A stretch of DNA of 64,000 bases, taken from assembly GCA_040954595.2 (NCBI GenBank), contig CM082584.2, positions 6,514,110-6,578,109 of the forward strand, read 5' to 3'. The translations under genes were made by a program, and so were the position numbers. This document shows, piece by piece, positions 13,001 through 28,000 of this stretch; position 1 is the stretch's first letter; each line of letters begins with the position of its first letter. The notes below the pieces were generated by a model, which was given only the letters and a program-made list of their open reading frames with translations, made no database searches and was not told where the DNA came from. This stretch comes from Balanoglossus misakiensis. Taxonomy: Eukaryota > Animalia > Hemichordata.

Positions 13001-16000
13001 TTTTGTTAAACCCTGCACCTATTCTAGTTTCTTACATTAAGCTTGACTTGTATTACTTGGCAAGCAACCTGTTGCTACGATAATTAACCAAGTCTCGCGA
13101 GATCTCGCAATGAGTGGAAATCATCTATTGGGCAGTAACCTGTAGCTTCATTACTTTTTCCATCATTTTCTTTGGCAGCTTCAATCTCTTGATCTAAAAA
13201 AGTACATGTGATACTCTGAGTTGCTGATGGGCATTTCAGAGTGCTTTTACAAACTAATGAAAAATTACTAAAAAGTACAGGTATATTGCCCCCATCCAAA
13301 AGAGTTAAATAATACCTACAGTGAAAGTCTTTAGATAATTCGCCCCAAATTGAGTGTAAATGCCACAGAAAGTATTCATCAGGCTTTCAGTGACATTTAA
13401 CTTTCACTTTGGAATGATCGCGGCGATGGATTCCCGCGAAGCACATCCGATCATAGCAGCCTTGAATTTACGGTGCGCAATTACACGAAACATCAGCTCG
13501 TTGCTGATGGCAAAAATGCATTATATCGTACACGCCGATTAATTGCCTGGGTAAGTGAAATGATCTTGGGAACGTGAAAGTACATGTAGGATGCGGAAAT
13601 ATGACTGTCACGTATCTTTAACTGCAGGTGTTGCAAGAAAAAAAAAGTGCTGGGGGGGGGAAGAAAATGGCAAATTGACAGATATAAATATTATATGACT
13701 GTACGTCTCATGATAGCTTTGAATATCTTGTGGCCTTTTTCGGCCTAGATTTTCACAGAAATAGTTCTAACTGCTCTCTTGAAAATTCGTACACTTTTTC
13801 TTGACATTATCCAACTGTTAAGCTGCTCGCTCAGACCTGACATTATAATAATTCACCACAAATATCTTCTTTGTCATGTTGTATGGAAGTCAACTTCGTG
13901 ATAACCATGACTACTAAATTATTTAGGCTGTGTTGATAAGCTTAACGCTGATCATTTTATCATACTTTACGAAGACACCAAAATAATAAACTGTAGCTGA
14001 TGAACAGAATAAAAAATAGTAAGGAAATATAGCAAAGAGTTGGAGCTATAATGTTCCTGTTGATCTACAGTGTAAATCTACATGTCTTTGAGGCTCAACT
14101 AATAGCAGGAGGTCCACATAAACTTTTAAATAATCAAGTGTAACATTTTCAGATATTGCTGTGAGCACAATTTTATTATGAATTTTTGTTTGCTGTTTGT
14201 TTGCAGGATGCATGGCCACGACTGCAGACGCATAACTGGACATGCCAGGGAATGATCAAGAAATTGTTTGGGTTTGCGGCATTTGAGTGTCTGAATAAGG
14301 TAAGTTGCGCTGGTTAGTTGACTGTTGATTATTCAGTCACGGAGATTTTCATCTATAATTCCACAGAATTATTACCCTTGCAAACATATTCTATAGATAT
14401 CTATAGAATTCTATAGAATTTTTATGGAAGTTACAAATGTATTCTATAGATATCTATAGAATTCTATAGAATTTTGATGGAAGTTAAAAACATATTCTAT
14501 AGAATTCTGTAGAATTTTTATGGAAATTACAGATATATTCTATAGAATTCTAAAGCCTATATAGAGTTTGTATGAGAGTTTATTGAGTTTCTATGGATGT
14601 CTATAGAATTCTATAGAAATGACAAAATCTACAGAATTCTATAGAATATTTTTCGAAAGAGAACCCTGCTACACATTATTACATAAATGCTAATTTTTGA
14701 TTTTGTAAGATAGGAACCTGTTTTTAAACAAATCAAATTACCTTTAATTTAATAACCGACAACAAAACCTGAAAATTGAAATTGTTCAGAAAGTGTATAA
14801 GGTCTAAAACTGTTGCACTTTTTTGCATACTCTGTGTTAAAGTGATGTTTTTTCTAGAGTCGTTGGTATTGAGGGTTTTTTCCATGAAAATATCTCTCGT
14901 TACCCCAGCTGGGTACAAGAAACTACAGATTATTTCATGTTGCGTAGAGTGACGTTGGTAAAGTTCTTTTCTCAGAGCAACTTGATCAGCTGTGGTTCAG
15001 ATGTCACTGTGTGAATGAATAGTGCTTAGACTATACTCTTTCAGAATTGCAAGATGCCATGCCTGGGAATGTGGTTTTTATGAGCTCTGAGAGATTTTGT
15101 TTTTTTGCGAGGCACGTCCAGACAGGTTATTAAGTGTAATATAGTATTCTTGCATGGTGCCCGCGATTGTACTTCAACACGTTTTTTTTCTGTGGTGAGT
15201 CATACAATGATGGTGATCTGGAAGAATACACTGTGTGAGGACACAAATTGTTTTTCCAGGGATAATTTGTCACTGGAGAAGCAATGTCCTCCAAAGGTAG
15301 ATTTTCTTTTTGATAACATAACCTGATCTCTTTCGTGGTTTGAGTCATAATAAAATTAGGAAATAATGAGATACTAGTCAGAGTGAACATAAATGCTCTG
15401 GGAATAAAATTGTCACCATTGAACTTTCTGGTTGTGAAATGGAGTTGCTTATTAATAACAACATACTGCTAAAATGTTTATTTTTTAAATCAATTTTAAT
15501 CAGGGACTCGAAAAATATCAAGTGTGTTTTTAATCTATTGAAAGTTTTTTAACTATAATCAATTGGTTCTTTGTGTTGCATTGGAATTGAATAAGACACC
15601 CGGCTAATGAATTGTGAAAAGGGAAAGTTGATGTCTCACGTGAAGGATTGATTCTGTATGCCAAGATGAAATTAATGGGCAAATGGCAGTGATTGTAACT
15701 GCACTAGCATTGCGTGGATCGTGATACACGTTGAATTTCTAATCATCTGGTTAATGTACGTTTTGCAGGGTAATGAATAAACATATACTGTCACAGTTTA
15801 AGGTTGCATAAGTGTGTGCTTGTCTTTATGGGTCTGGCTTTTAGTAATACTTGTCAGTGACAGAGATTTGACTTTCTCATGCCCAGAAGAACGAATCTGT
15901 CAGAGTTTCTCGTAAATCAGCTGCTGGAGACAGTGAGGCTTCTTTTGTTGTTCTCTCAACGTGAATTTCAAACTCTGAATGGTCTGTTAGAGATTCACAA

Positions 16001-19000
16001 AAGACTCGCCTCGTAGGCATGTCTGTGTCAGTGATTTCACTACGAGATATTCAACAACGGATTATATCAGAATAATTTGATTCATGGCAGATATGACATT
16101 AACCTGTAGCTATATAACGTCAGGTGTCCTGATAACAGTCCCTTGTGTGTCAGCAATGTTAAAGTTGTATAGCTTCTTTTTCATCTTCCATTGATCTTTC
16201 AATTCTGTTCAGTGTACCGGTACATAAGAATCTTATAACACATACCGGTATGCTTTATATTGTAAGATTTATATTTACTTGATAAGTTGGAGATACGTGT
16301 GAAATATTCAAATATAGGTCTAGGAATACCAAAACATATAGTGTGGTTATCACATATTGCATACAGAATGTCAAGAAAACAAAGTGGTAGTAATGTGATT
16401 TCTTGAAAGTTTCACAAAATGTATGGATCACTCATTCTCATCCGTTCTAATCCTTGTGCTTTTATTAGTGAACCCACTTATAAGTGGAAGAAAGAAAAAT
16501 GCCCTTGAGAGCTGAGAATAAATTGGAGATCCCAGCTCAGCCAAAATAATTCTTTTATAATGTAACGGTAGAATCCTTTAGCTTATATGGAAACAATATA
16601 AAATGTAGTGTGTGTATATAGAGATACCAGTAATGAAATATTACCTTTGTTGATAAATGATGGTATTATCCTATGTGTAATCATCATTGTTAGTAGATGA
16701 GAATTAATGCACTGTGTAAAAGTCAATGCTGTCACTGATGAGGAATGATGATATGCACTGTTTAGATTGCTGGTGATGAGCTTTTAATGTAACAGCGCGG
16801 TTTGTGGAAGAGATTATAGACAATTGATAGTGTGTTGGATTGAATGGTTATGGATTGGTTGTATGCTCTGCTGTGTGTGGCTGCATGCGTGGATTCAATG
16901 TGAAAGGCAAGGTGATATGTGACTGTTTTAGAGCTGCTCTGTTGGTGCGGAAGTCAGGTGGCATATTGACAAGGCATTCTTTCACAGGTAATTTGCACAA
17001 GGCTGAAGTTGTACTGTCTGCACGAGCTGACAGGGGGACTGTGTAAAATTACATGTATGCAATTAATGTGTTGCTAATACGGCAGGACATATGTTTCACG
17101 AAATCACTGATAGGCCGTCAGACAAAATGGTTTTATTGGCACTGAAATTTCGATTGCTTTGGAAACTAGTTGTAGAAATGACAGTGGATCGCAGAAGATG
17201 ATTTTTTTGGACAACTAGTACAGGACAATGAGAGGATTATTAGTACGGTGTTAGTTGGTGTCATTTGGCTGTGAGAAACTGTCTTCAGATCTGCAAAGAT
17301 GTGGCAAAACATCAACTTGCAGAAAAAAATAACTTGTCAAAAAAAAACTCTTAAGTTTTGAAATTGAGTTACTGGTAGTTTTGTCTGTTTTATGACTAAA
17401 TTTTAAAAATTTACCATCTTTGTTCTGCAAGCGTTTTTCCAGCAAAACTTCTGGAACACCTCACGTAAACTTAGAAAAATAAAATTTGAAAGAAAAAAAT
17501 GGGAAAAACAAGAGGATTGTTTATTGATTGAAGAGAAGAAGCATTACGTTTAACTGTAGAATTCAATAAATGGAAAATGGAATTCCCAACGGAGTGAGCT
17601 CATTATTTTCTATCAGATAAAAGCCCAGAACCACTGTGTTTACAACAGAAGGTCTGTATGACTCATAAACTCGTAACTCAATCATACGGTCAAAAATTTC
17701 ATTTTTTAAATGAGAAATGACTGTACATGGTTATCATATAATTGGTTTTGCGATAAGTACCTAGTATTGCTTCAGCTGTGGAGATGCGGCCTTCAGATCA
17801 ACATGTCCCTAGTGATAGATATTTTGGATGGGAATGATGCAAAGGAATGCATTGTCTCAGTGCTAGAAAGAAGTTACAAGACATTTTCATTACTTTGATA
17901 ATTTTAGATTCTGTTAATATTTTGTGGTAAAGAATGAAGACAATATTTATGTGGTTCTGCTAGTTTGTTTTCTGCCATTTTCCACTTCACAGGCTGTGCA
18001 AATATTTGACATTTAACGTTTGAGATATTTTACATGTATGACTTATTTATTGTTATTTATTGTTTATTTGCAGTTACACTATAAATTAGGTTTGATGAAA
18101 AATGCTCAAATTGCATTTGCTTATGTTGCAAACTAATGGTGCATTTTTTCATAATTCTACAAAATGACTTTATTTTCTTGGCTGTTTATTGTTTAATTTC
18201 TATGAGTCATAATAATTTTTTGTTCACATCGTGATCCTAGATGACCTTCTCCACATGTTCATTAAACAGTTCCTCCCATGATACATCAGAATATGATGTA
18301 ATCTCAATAATTTCCATCAAGCCTGAAGATAGTTGAACATTCGGGAAGAGTTTTTCCTTTGATGTTCATTATCTACCAAGTATGTCATTTCAGTGGCGTA
18401 ATAAGCATGCAATTCTCTGGAGCCGTCTTCGAAAACTAATCGATAAACCTCATTTCAGCGCGCGCGACAAGCATCTCTCTGGACCATCGATTCTGTCTGG
18501 GCGGACATCTTCCCAAGGATGTGATGATGTCAGATACAATTGCTAGTGTTCAAAGGTGAATCTTTGGGAAATAACGATGTCTGTAGTTAATGGAGCTTCA
18601 ACTTGGTGATGTGTCAAAGCTTTTTACGGTTCTGTAAATGTGCCCGTTTGACTTGTGTGTGTCATTATGAGCTGAGAGAGTCAATTTGAGGAAATTGCAC
18701 ACATGGGTCCTTTTCTCCCAATTATAAATAATCACGAAATTGGAAGCAGCAATTTGCAAATATTGACGCCATGCCCACTGGTAGCATGCATGGTTTTAAA
18801 GAAGTGCAGTCACCTCTAATTTACATATGCCCATATATGGGTAAAAGATGTCTATAATGATTATCCAGTGGCACACTTTTCTGCACGGCCAACCAAGTGA
18901 AATCTGTGATTTAAAGAACTTGCGTTTCAAAATAAGATCCCAATGGATTCTAATTTTCCTCCATTTCCTGTGTGCTATATGTCAGTAATTGTAATGCATT

Positions 19001-22000
19001 TTGTGTCAGAATTTCTTGTTCTTACTGCAAGGAAAGTTCAAAGAGCAATTTTATGAATTTATATAAATATACACTATGACTTTGACACTACTTTGACTCT
19101 TCCCACTGGATTACACTATCTGATTAAAATCAGATGTAGTGTACGGCGATGTCTTTTACTTTGAGGTATGCCTCACACTACTACTATCTTTCCTGATAAC
19201 AAAGTTTTCAGCAAGTTCAAAGAAGCGTAGGTTTGTTTAAATGCCACAGTTCAGCGGACTTTCTGCTCGGTGAACTCGGAAACTGTTCAATGTCATACTG
19301 TAAAACGGGAAATTTTCATGACAGGAAATTTCCGCGATATCAAGAGACGAATACATGTATTTCGCGATAATTAATTTTCACATTCTCATGTCTCCCAAAA
19401 ACATTCAATTGTACACATTGTTCTTTTGCGAACATTTATTCTCGCATTTGTTGCTCTCGCGAAGTTCGTGAAAATTTACTGTTTGCGAAAAATTTCCCGT
19501 TTTACGGTATGTTCCCCTAAAGCGTTTTTCCGCTTATCGGTTTTCCCGATTTCCCGCAAATGAAGCCCGATGTCGGATCGCACTATCACCCGAGTGGCAG
19601 ATGTCGACTTTGATTCCTCGCCGTTCCCTCTGAGATGTAATTACGGCAAGTTCAAAGTCGCGTCCCCCGCGGGGTTTTCAAGCAGGAAGTTTTTTTTTTT
19701 TTTTTTACCGGGGTGTATATCCAACCTGCAATTTCCTGAGTGTTTAGGATTGTGTGTAGATGCTGATTGACTCCTTGACCATCTGCCATTAACTTCGTGG
19801 TTGTACGTAGTCCCAGAAGGGAGCAGGGATAACTCGATTTCCCGGCTGCAGACCCACAGATACATTTCAGTGACGCGCGAAACAGATGTATTGAGCGATA
19901 TACCGTATATCGTCAAACAAACCTGTAGCTCAGGTGCATGCAAATTTCAACGTTCCCGTCTTATTGTACAAAAAAAGCAAATTTTGAGTAAAATTATTTT
20001 TAAGTGAATATTGAAATTTTACATTATGTTATGGAACCTGTGTACTACAGACAAACCATAGGAACAGAAGTTGTCCTTAAGTATAGAACTGCCTTAATTT
20101 AATTGTCATATAGACAAGTCAAATTCTATAATATACATGCATTGAAAAATCTCTGATGTGGTTTACTATTTGTAAATAGGTTCCGTTGCCCTTACAAATA
20201 ATACTGCAGAACACAAGGACGTTTCTGATAGCATTTTCGCAGACATCTAACTCGATTACAGATTCCCGCCTAAGTTCATTTTCCAGAGATCAAATGCTAA
20301 GCATTGGTTCTGTTATTAGGTTAGCTAGATCATGGACAGACACGTTGAGTCCTCAGTGCGTCGCCATGGAAAATTAATGGGAAAGAGCCCTGGCAGCAAG
20401 AATCATGGCAGTACTGTGTGTTGGCAAAGTCTCTATATACGTTGTGTTTTTTTCACATATACGAAGTATAAGAGACTACGGTAGACTAAAGATGTAAGAG
20501 ATCAGTGACCCGCAAAACTGGGCTCGACAGTTGATGACTAGTAAACAAAGACAAAAAGTGTTTAAAGGAAGCCCAGGCCTTAAATTGCTCTGTCAGACTA
20601 GTTGCACAAAGCTGATATGACAGTTTTATTATATTTTATGCCATTTCATATACTGGCGGTATAAATTTAATTTCTAATTCGGTACTGGGTGTGTGTGTAC
20701 ATATAGATGTACCGGAACATATCCAATAGAAATGTCAGTTTCTGTAAATGGACATGACTCCCTGTGCTTATAGATCCAGGGATTAGATCAACTTTCCTGC
20801 TTGTCCTAATATGTCCTTTCCTCGGTATACCCGGGGTATATGTTATATGGTTTGTTCGTTTTTAATAGCCGGAGCAACAGGCTTCTGTGATGACTATGTG
20901 ATCTTTTAGGATCTATACGTACGATCGCAACCAGGCTTCAGAATTCTATTCATGAACTCCTCAAATTGACAGCAAAGAAAATCCAGATATGCCCCCAGGG
21001 AATTATCACCCAAACAGTGTCTGAATTGTCGAGGGAATCGCAGTGGGGTGTGTGTTATTTCTTTGCTCCAACAATGAGAGAACTCAGACGATTGTTCGGT
21101 AGTCGTGTCCCCCCTCAGGCAAGACTGGCATGCACATACTTGTTGACAAAGCCAATTTGTATCATTTGTTAACAAATTTCCCAGGCTACTGAATGTGTTT
21201 CTTCGAGGGTTCTCAAATAAAGAGTTTTGTTAGCAGCTACCCCGCCATCTAAAAGTTAGTGTCCATCATAGCTAGTGGATGTTGTTATCATTTTTTTCCT
21301 GGTTTTCTCAAAATTTCACCTCCAACCGTTTTCCTGTTCAGCTTGAAATATCCGTAATCAACAAGTCACATATGTTTCAACGAAGTTTTAAAAAGTAGTA
21401 CACAACAAAGTTATGAGTAACTTCTCTCACTACAGTCATCTCTGATATTAAAGATTCATTGTTGTCCCAAGTGATGAAGAAGCATTTATTCCTTGGTATA
21501 GTTTGTTAACATTTATTTATGAGAAGACAAAGAATTACTTCTTTAGAAAAAAATCTCAAAATCACCGTCTCTAAACTGCACCTTTTTTTAGCAAACCGGT
21601 TAAATGGGACAGTAAAAGGATATTAATTGTGGAAGGATTAATGAATTTAATGTATTTTTGAATATTATCTCTCATGACATACATGTATCTCGGCCACTTT
21701 TGAAAATTTGACGCAGGTGTGAATGAAACTAAACTTGCTCGTTTGATGGAATTCATCAAGTTATTTTTGTCAGAAGTGATTTGCGGTGAGTTTTAGTGGC
21801 AAAGGTTGTGTCGCTAGAGTATTGGTAATAAGCTTGTTAAATGTTGCACACACAGATGACGAGAACTGGAGGAGGGCCGTGGAAATAAGAAAGAATTCCA
21901 GTTGATAAAAATGATTAAATGATGATCGACATATCATGCGATCAAACCAGAAATATTCGGCACACTTTCATTAAATTTATTGCCAGAAACAGTACACAGA

Positions 22001-25000
22001 TATGCAGGTAGAGCAATAGTGCTAGAAAACAATTAAATTTTAATAAAAGTGGATTGATGTGGTATTTTTGTTGAGGGGTTTATGATGGAGGCAGAGTGAA
22101 TGGTTACGGGTGAAAAATTTCTTGGCGATATAAACATGAGTGTATTAAAAATGCAAGTGTATTAAATTTGCAAAAGGGGTTTGCGGTCGTTTGGTTGTAT
22201 AGGATGAATTGACAACAGATTACAGGAGTTATCTTCTTCTTTTGATTAGACCCGAGTTCAATTCATATCGGCTGTGGGAGGAGGGGGAGGAGGGGGTAAG
22301 TCTCTGTCTTCTTTTGTGCGCATTAGTTTACCTGACTGCAGATCATCTCAGCCAGTCGATTCTTTGAAGCTTTTCCTCCGAGCATAATCCAGAGCTTCAG
22401 TGCATTCAAATTTCTGCCCGTAGAAAAAAACCCAAGATAACGCTATAAATAGAAACCTCAATCTCTCAATCTTGTATTCTCCGACGGGGGGTTAGAACCG
22501 CATCAAGTGTTTGTGATGGGCACTTGACAAACCAGATTGCCGAGCATTGCAGTTTGCGAAACAGAAAAATATTGGAGGTATAGCCCAGCGCTTAATCCCT
22601 CCAGGGAGGAGTTTATCTGAGTGAGATGCGTGTGATACAGAATCTAATGCTCGCTTTCATGTAATCCAAACGCTCTCAGTTGAAGATACCGACAAATGAT
22701 TGTTTGTCCCTTAATACAAAATCCTAGAAGCTGACAATCTGATTGATCCGAGACTATAAGTACTGAAGGAGAATCCCGGAATGGGATTTCTGCCTGACTG
22801 AGTCTCAGGCAAAGCTTCTCTAAAAGAATAACACGCAGTAAATCAAACTATCTTATGTTGAGAGTATATTAAGTTCATTCTTGTACTTGCAACCCTCTTA
22901 ACATGTGTTTAAAGTGGCCCTTGAGACACTACAAAGATTTCAATCACCCTTAGTCTGTGTTTCAGTTAGATTGTATTTTTATTTCCGTTGTATCTGTAGA
23001 GATATGAGTGACAGCTGATTGTTACTTGTGGCTTTCACTCACAATAAACCATCTAGATGGTACAACAAATAGTTTCTGATAATACTGGGGAAGTGTTTGA
23101 ATTTCATAACATAGGTATACAGGTATTTCTGCATTCCTGAGAACTCACTGCATGAGTTTTTATTCCATTCTTCTAAAAATGCCGAAAAAATGATGTGTAC
23201 ATGTACGGTAGATGTACATGATCTGGACATGATGAAAAGGACTTGATTGTGAATTTTTGAAGTGAGGGTTTCAAGGATATGGACGTCATAAATAAATTTC
23301 TTTTTACCAAGTTAATCATCTCATGTCAAGATGCTTTCTAAATTCTGTTGTTAGTTGTGACCAAAATAGAATTATTCACCATGTTGCATCTTCTAGATCC
23401 TGATATACTCAACGTGGTTCTCCAGTAATCTGTCTTTATGTCATTCCTCGAGTTTCCACGACAACCACACACTGTCAGAAAGATTGTGAATGGAATGTCG
23501 CATTGAGAAAAATGCATGCATTTCGTTCTTTTCTGTGAAAACTTCTGCTTCATAAAAGATTATCTTATATGCAAATTAGACAGAGTTCAGTTTAGACAGG
23601 TTTTACGTACAGCGGGTCAGTGAAAGAGAAAGACTTGAGACTGCCTCAGTGTTTAATGGAAAAAAATTAATTTTAAATCGTCCCTCAGGTAAAGAGTGTC
23701 TAGTTTCACTCTTAAATCATATTAAAAATTTCACAACACCATCTGGCCAACCTTCAGTGAATCATCCCATTAAAATGTTCACCGTTCAGTTAATTTTCAT
23801 GAATTTTTGTAATATGCGCTGTATGGAAACCGACCTAAACAAGGTCGATCATTGATTACAGGTAATGATGTTCATGCCAAAAGAAATTGATCTACCCGGT
23901 TGTATTGTGCAAAACCAACAGAGGTTACACTGTTTGGCAAAAGCAATAAACTGTTGTAAAGACTGTGTTTATATTTTCTGAGTGTAGTTTATACATGTAG
24001 ACTTCTTCAGTGTGTGCGTATGCCACCAAAATTGCTGTAATCAGTAAAAAAAAGCAGTTACACGTATTGATCTGATTGTGCTCTGGGGCAAATGTCAACA
24101 GGTGAGGGTAATTCCGAATTTGCTGTATTAGATTGGTGGTATCAGGGAGAAATTACAGTCGGGTTTTATTAGAAATGCCAGTCGATTAGAGTATTGGAAA
24201 AAATTGCGATGTTTGCGCAGTGTGTGTGCGTGAAAGTAGGTCTTTTTGTGCTCAGGATTGGAAGTGGACGCAGTGAACCAGCAAATGTCAAACTCTACGG
24301 ATGAGAAATAAATGAAAACACAACAGTGGTCGGGTTTTGCTTTTTATCAAAATTCAAATTTGTAATTCAGTTCACGGACCAACACACACATAATGTACCA
24401 TCACCCTCCCACCTATCCACGATGTACCCCAAAATATGTTTCAGTTTGTTTGCAATATGTTTTATCCAGGATGGACTATGCAGCAGTTCAAATGAAAATC
24501 ATTACAGATGTGACCAGACTGGCCATTTGGATAAACTCTTACGAAAAGGTTTTATAAGATTTCTATAAACTTCTATAGATTTTTATAAGTCATAAGGGAA
24601 GTCATCCAAGTGCACTTGGCAAACTCAACTTATGCCATTTCTAATGATTTCCCCTTTTAGAGAGTAATACTACAAGTAGTCATCTAAGTGTTATGGCAGT
24701 AACATTCCTGTGATTTTCAATATGATCACAATATGATCACTACCTTTTTATTTTCTCCAAACTATTATCTGATTTCCTTCAAAGGAACGCAGTTATCCAG
24801 AGGGCAAATGCAAGTTCTGTACGTTAGACGTTCACATCCTCCACAGTCATTTGAAGTTTAATTCTCTCTAACGTGTCAGAAGCAAAAGGCATTCGCTATC
24901 AGTATGCAACAATTGGGTAACAAAAAATGTAAAGAAAACATGCAGTGGGCAGTAGTTTGCTAGAAGATAGCAAAAATCTTATAAAAATGTGCTGAATACA

Positions 25001-28000
25001 CATGTACATTGCCATGGTGATTTGCATATATGTGTTGGTGCTCGCAACCCTTTGGTTTATCTTCAAGCTTGTAAGATGTGCCACAAAACCGTCTTTCTCT
25101 GATCCTGCATAGAAGTTTAGAAATACGAGTGAAATTCAATCAGTTGCACACAGATATAGATACATGCATGCCTCAATAGAGTAGGGTTACCAAAAAATAT
25201 TAGATTTGGTTTCCAAGGTAACCGTTTTTTTCAGATAAAAGCGTGGCGCATCTCGCATATAAAAAAGAGCGTAGTGTCAACAACTGTGAATTAAAAGCGT
25301 TCTTTGTCTGAATGCTGTACATGTGGTGGATGGAATTGTTCGAAATTCATCAGGGAATGTGGTTTTTAACTCTGAACCACTGGCTCTTTCACTGTCTGCT
25401 GTGATGACGTCAATCGGGAGATGAATTAACCGCGACCATTACTTTAAATTTATAGAGTCTGTAACAGTTCTGATGTCACTCACTCTTGTACTTTCCTCCA
25501 TTGAAGTACAAGACGGCGACATCATCATCTTAATGACATGTACATTGTACAGTACAGTAAATCCAAGATGTGATGCTAATTATATACCCAACAAGACATA
25601 CTAAAAATAGACATTGTCACTGTCAGCTTCTTGGGAACTTTTTATAATTAACCACCATATATTGAATTCAATAGAGAAGAAATTACTGTGCATGTGTTTG
25701 TGTAGAAAAATTAATAAAAACCACACTGTAGATCTCACTGGACAGTCATTTGTCAATGTTCTTTGTGAGGTAGAAAATTGAGGGCTCTGTATGAAATGTT
25801 AGAATTTTGTGACATCTACCTTGGTATACATTTCACAGCGCTAATCAAAGATTAGTAAAAAAAATTGTTTGTCTGAGTGATTATTTCCCCTCCAACAACT
25901 TTCAAAGCGTCCGTTTGATTTAATTTGGCCTTGATCGTGCTCAGGTTTGTTATTTTCATGCCATATAGTTGTGTCGTCCAGCCCCTCACGTTTATTCTGC
26001 CAAATTAATACACAGTAGTACAATCAAAACTATATGTACAGACGAAAACCAATGCTGTGAATGATGAGGTGACAATGATGGCTACAGTGGGGTTCATCAA
26101 AAGCTGAGCTAAACTGTCATCTAAATATACCTGGCACTGCCATACATGTACCTACTAATTCTTGCAAAATGTCAACAGATTCAGAAGCTAGAGCAGCTGA
26201 CTGTGACAGAATGACGACAACTGTCCATTTGTGGCCAAATTAAGTCATGCATTCAAATAAGGGCTTTTCGTCATAATGATGAGAGAGTGATGTGAGCACC
26301 TGGATTTGTCGCCAAATTTTCATCACCTAGTGACAATATATCAAATGTATGCTGGGCACGTACGTAATATCAACATCGTTGTTACTGATGTTGTTTTTGA
26401 TCAGAATTTGTACCAATCATGTTTTCCTTTTACACCACGAGGCAGCGAGACTGCTAAGACTGACAGATGATATTGTACATGCTGTGTGACAGCACATTTC
26501 ACTGTTCTGATAAAGTCCTGCACAGAAATCCATCACTTTAATAGCATTCTTTAGTGGCATTATTAGTCTGTGTTAGCTAACTTCCGTGTACATGTACGTG
26601 TAGTCTAGAAAGTATAACAATCTATTTTCAGGTTCTGTGAACCCAAACACTGGGGTAGATTATACTAGACTTCATTCATTAAAGTGTATAATACGAGAAG
26701 CCTAGCTATCTGACCATCTTTCACATGGAAATATTTCCATCCATTCATCATACTTTATAACTGCTTCTCTGTTTTTAATGATGGCGTATATGTCTTGTAC
26801 ATTTAACTTGTTTTTTTGCAATCTTGTGTGGGTGACAAACTGCAAATGAGTGTAGTTTGATGTCACTTTAATGAAAGGAATTTTTTGTTGAAAATCATGT
26901 TGTCGTAGCAACTGTAACAAACGCCAATTCATTTGTTTTGGTTCTAGCCGAACGTTACCGCGAACCAGGATGTGCTGGTACTACGCAATGTGACAACTGA
27001 CCAGAGTGGCAAGTACATCTGCTGGGCCAGTAATGACCTTGGCACAGATTACAGAGAAGCGTGGATCAGAATTTTACCTAGTGAGTTGTCAAAGTACATT
27101 GTACCTTACATGTACATTGTAGTTTAAGATTTGTCCATGCAAGTATACTAGCACGGTTGCCAACCTTGGGGCATTTTGCCAGTGTGTTCCAGGGGATCTC
27201 GGAAACTTAGCCGGTGTTCCTGTTTACCAGGACAGATCTGGAATATTGCCAGCTGTTTTTTTCAGAGTGCATTTTAAACTTGACCAGCTTTCCCTTTAAG
27301 CCGTAATGCAATAATAATAATAATCTCTTCATTTAAAAGTTGTACTTCATCCATAGAAGACTTTCCTTTTTTTCTGCATTATCAGCTGTCGCACAGGATT
27401 CAACTACATTGCCCATGTTAACAAGCACGAAGACGTCAACGAACAACTTTGTTTTCTTCATCATTAGTGCCGTTGCCATAGTCGTGGTTCTCGCCCTCTT
27501 AGGAGTGGTTTTGTGGCATCGATATCGCCACAAAAGGCAAATTCCACCAATTTCACAGCGATGGGTCACTCCGGATCCATCAATTATCCGGCAGCAGGTA
27601 TGTGAACCATCATGTGATAATTGTACAAAATGTACAAGTATATAATGCATACATGACTATAGAAATGCACGGAAACTGAATGAAATTGTTAACAGAATGA
27701 TATGAACTGGGATCCAGCCAAAACGATGAAGTTTCAGTCACTCAGGGCATATACATGTATGTTGTAGGTACACACACGTGTTTGCAAGTATTTTCTGTAT
27801 TAGGACTCGATGAACTGCCAGTACAATACAATAAAGTACAATACAATACAATACAGAAAGTTATTTTACGATTGAATTGCAAAGAAAGTGCAACCACACA
27901 GACTCTAACATATTCAGGTACAGAAAACTAGAGGTCTAGGAATATATCCATCTCACTATCATGTTCAGGCTCAGTGCTTCAGTCTCTTATTGCCTGAGCC

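Noticed and set aside
21770-22300. Other exon-like AG...GT blocks in the IgIII intron (~21774-21785, 22250-22295)
   Set aside because: One has an in-frame stop and the other is 46 nt (frameshifting); neither resembles an Ig sequence.
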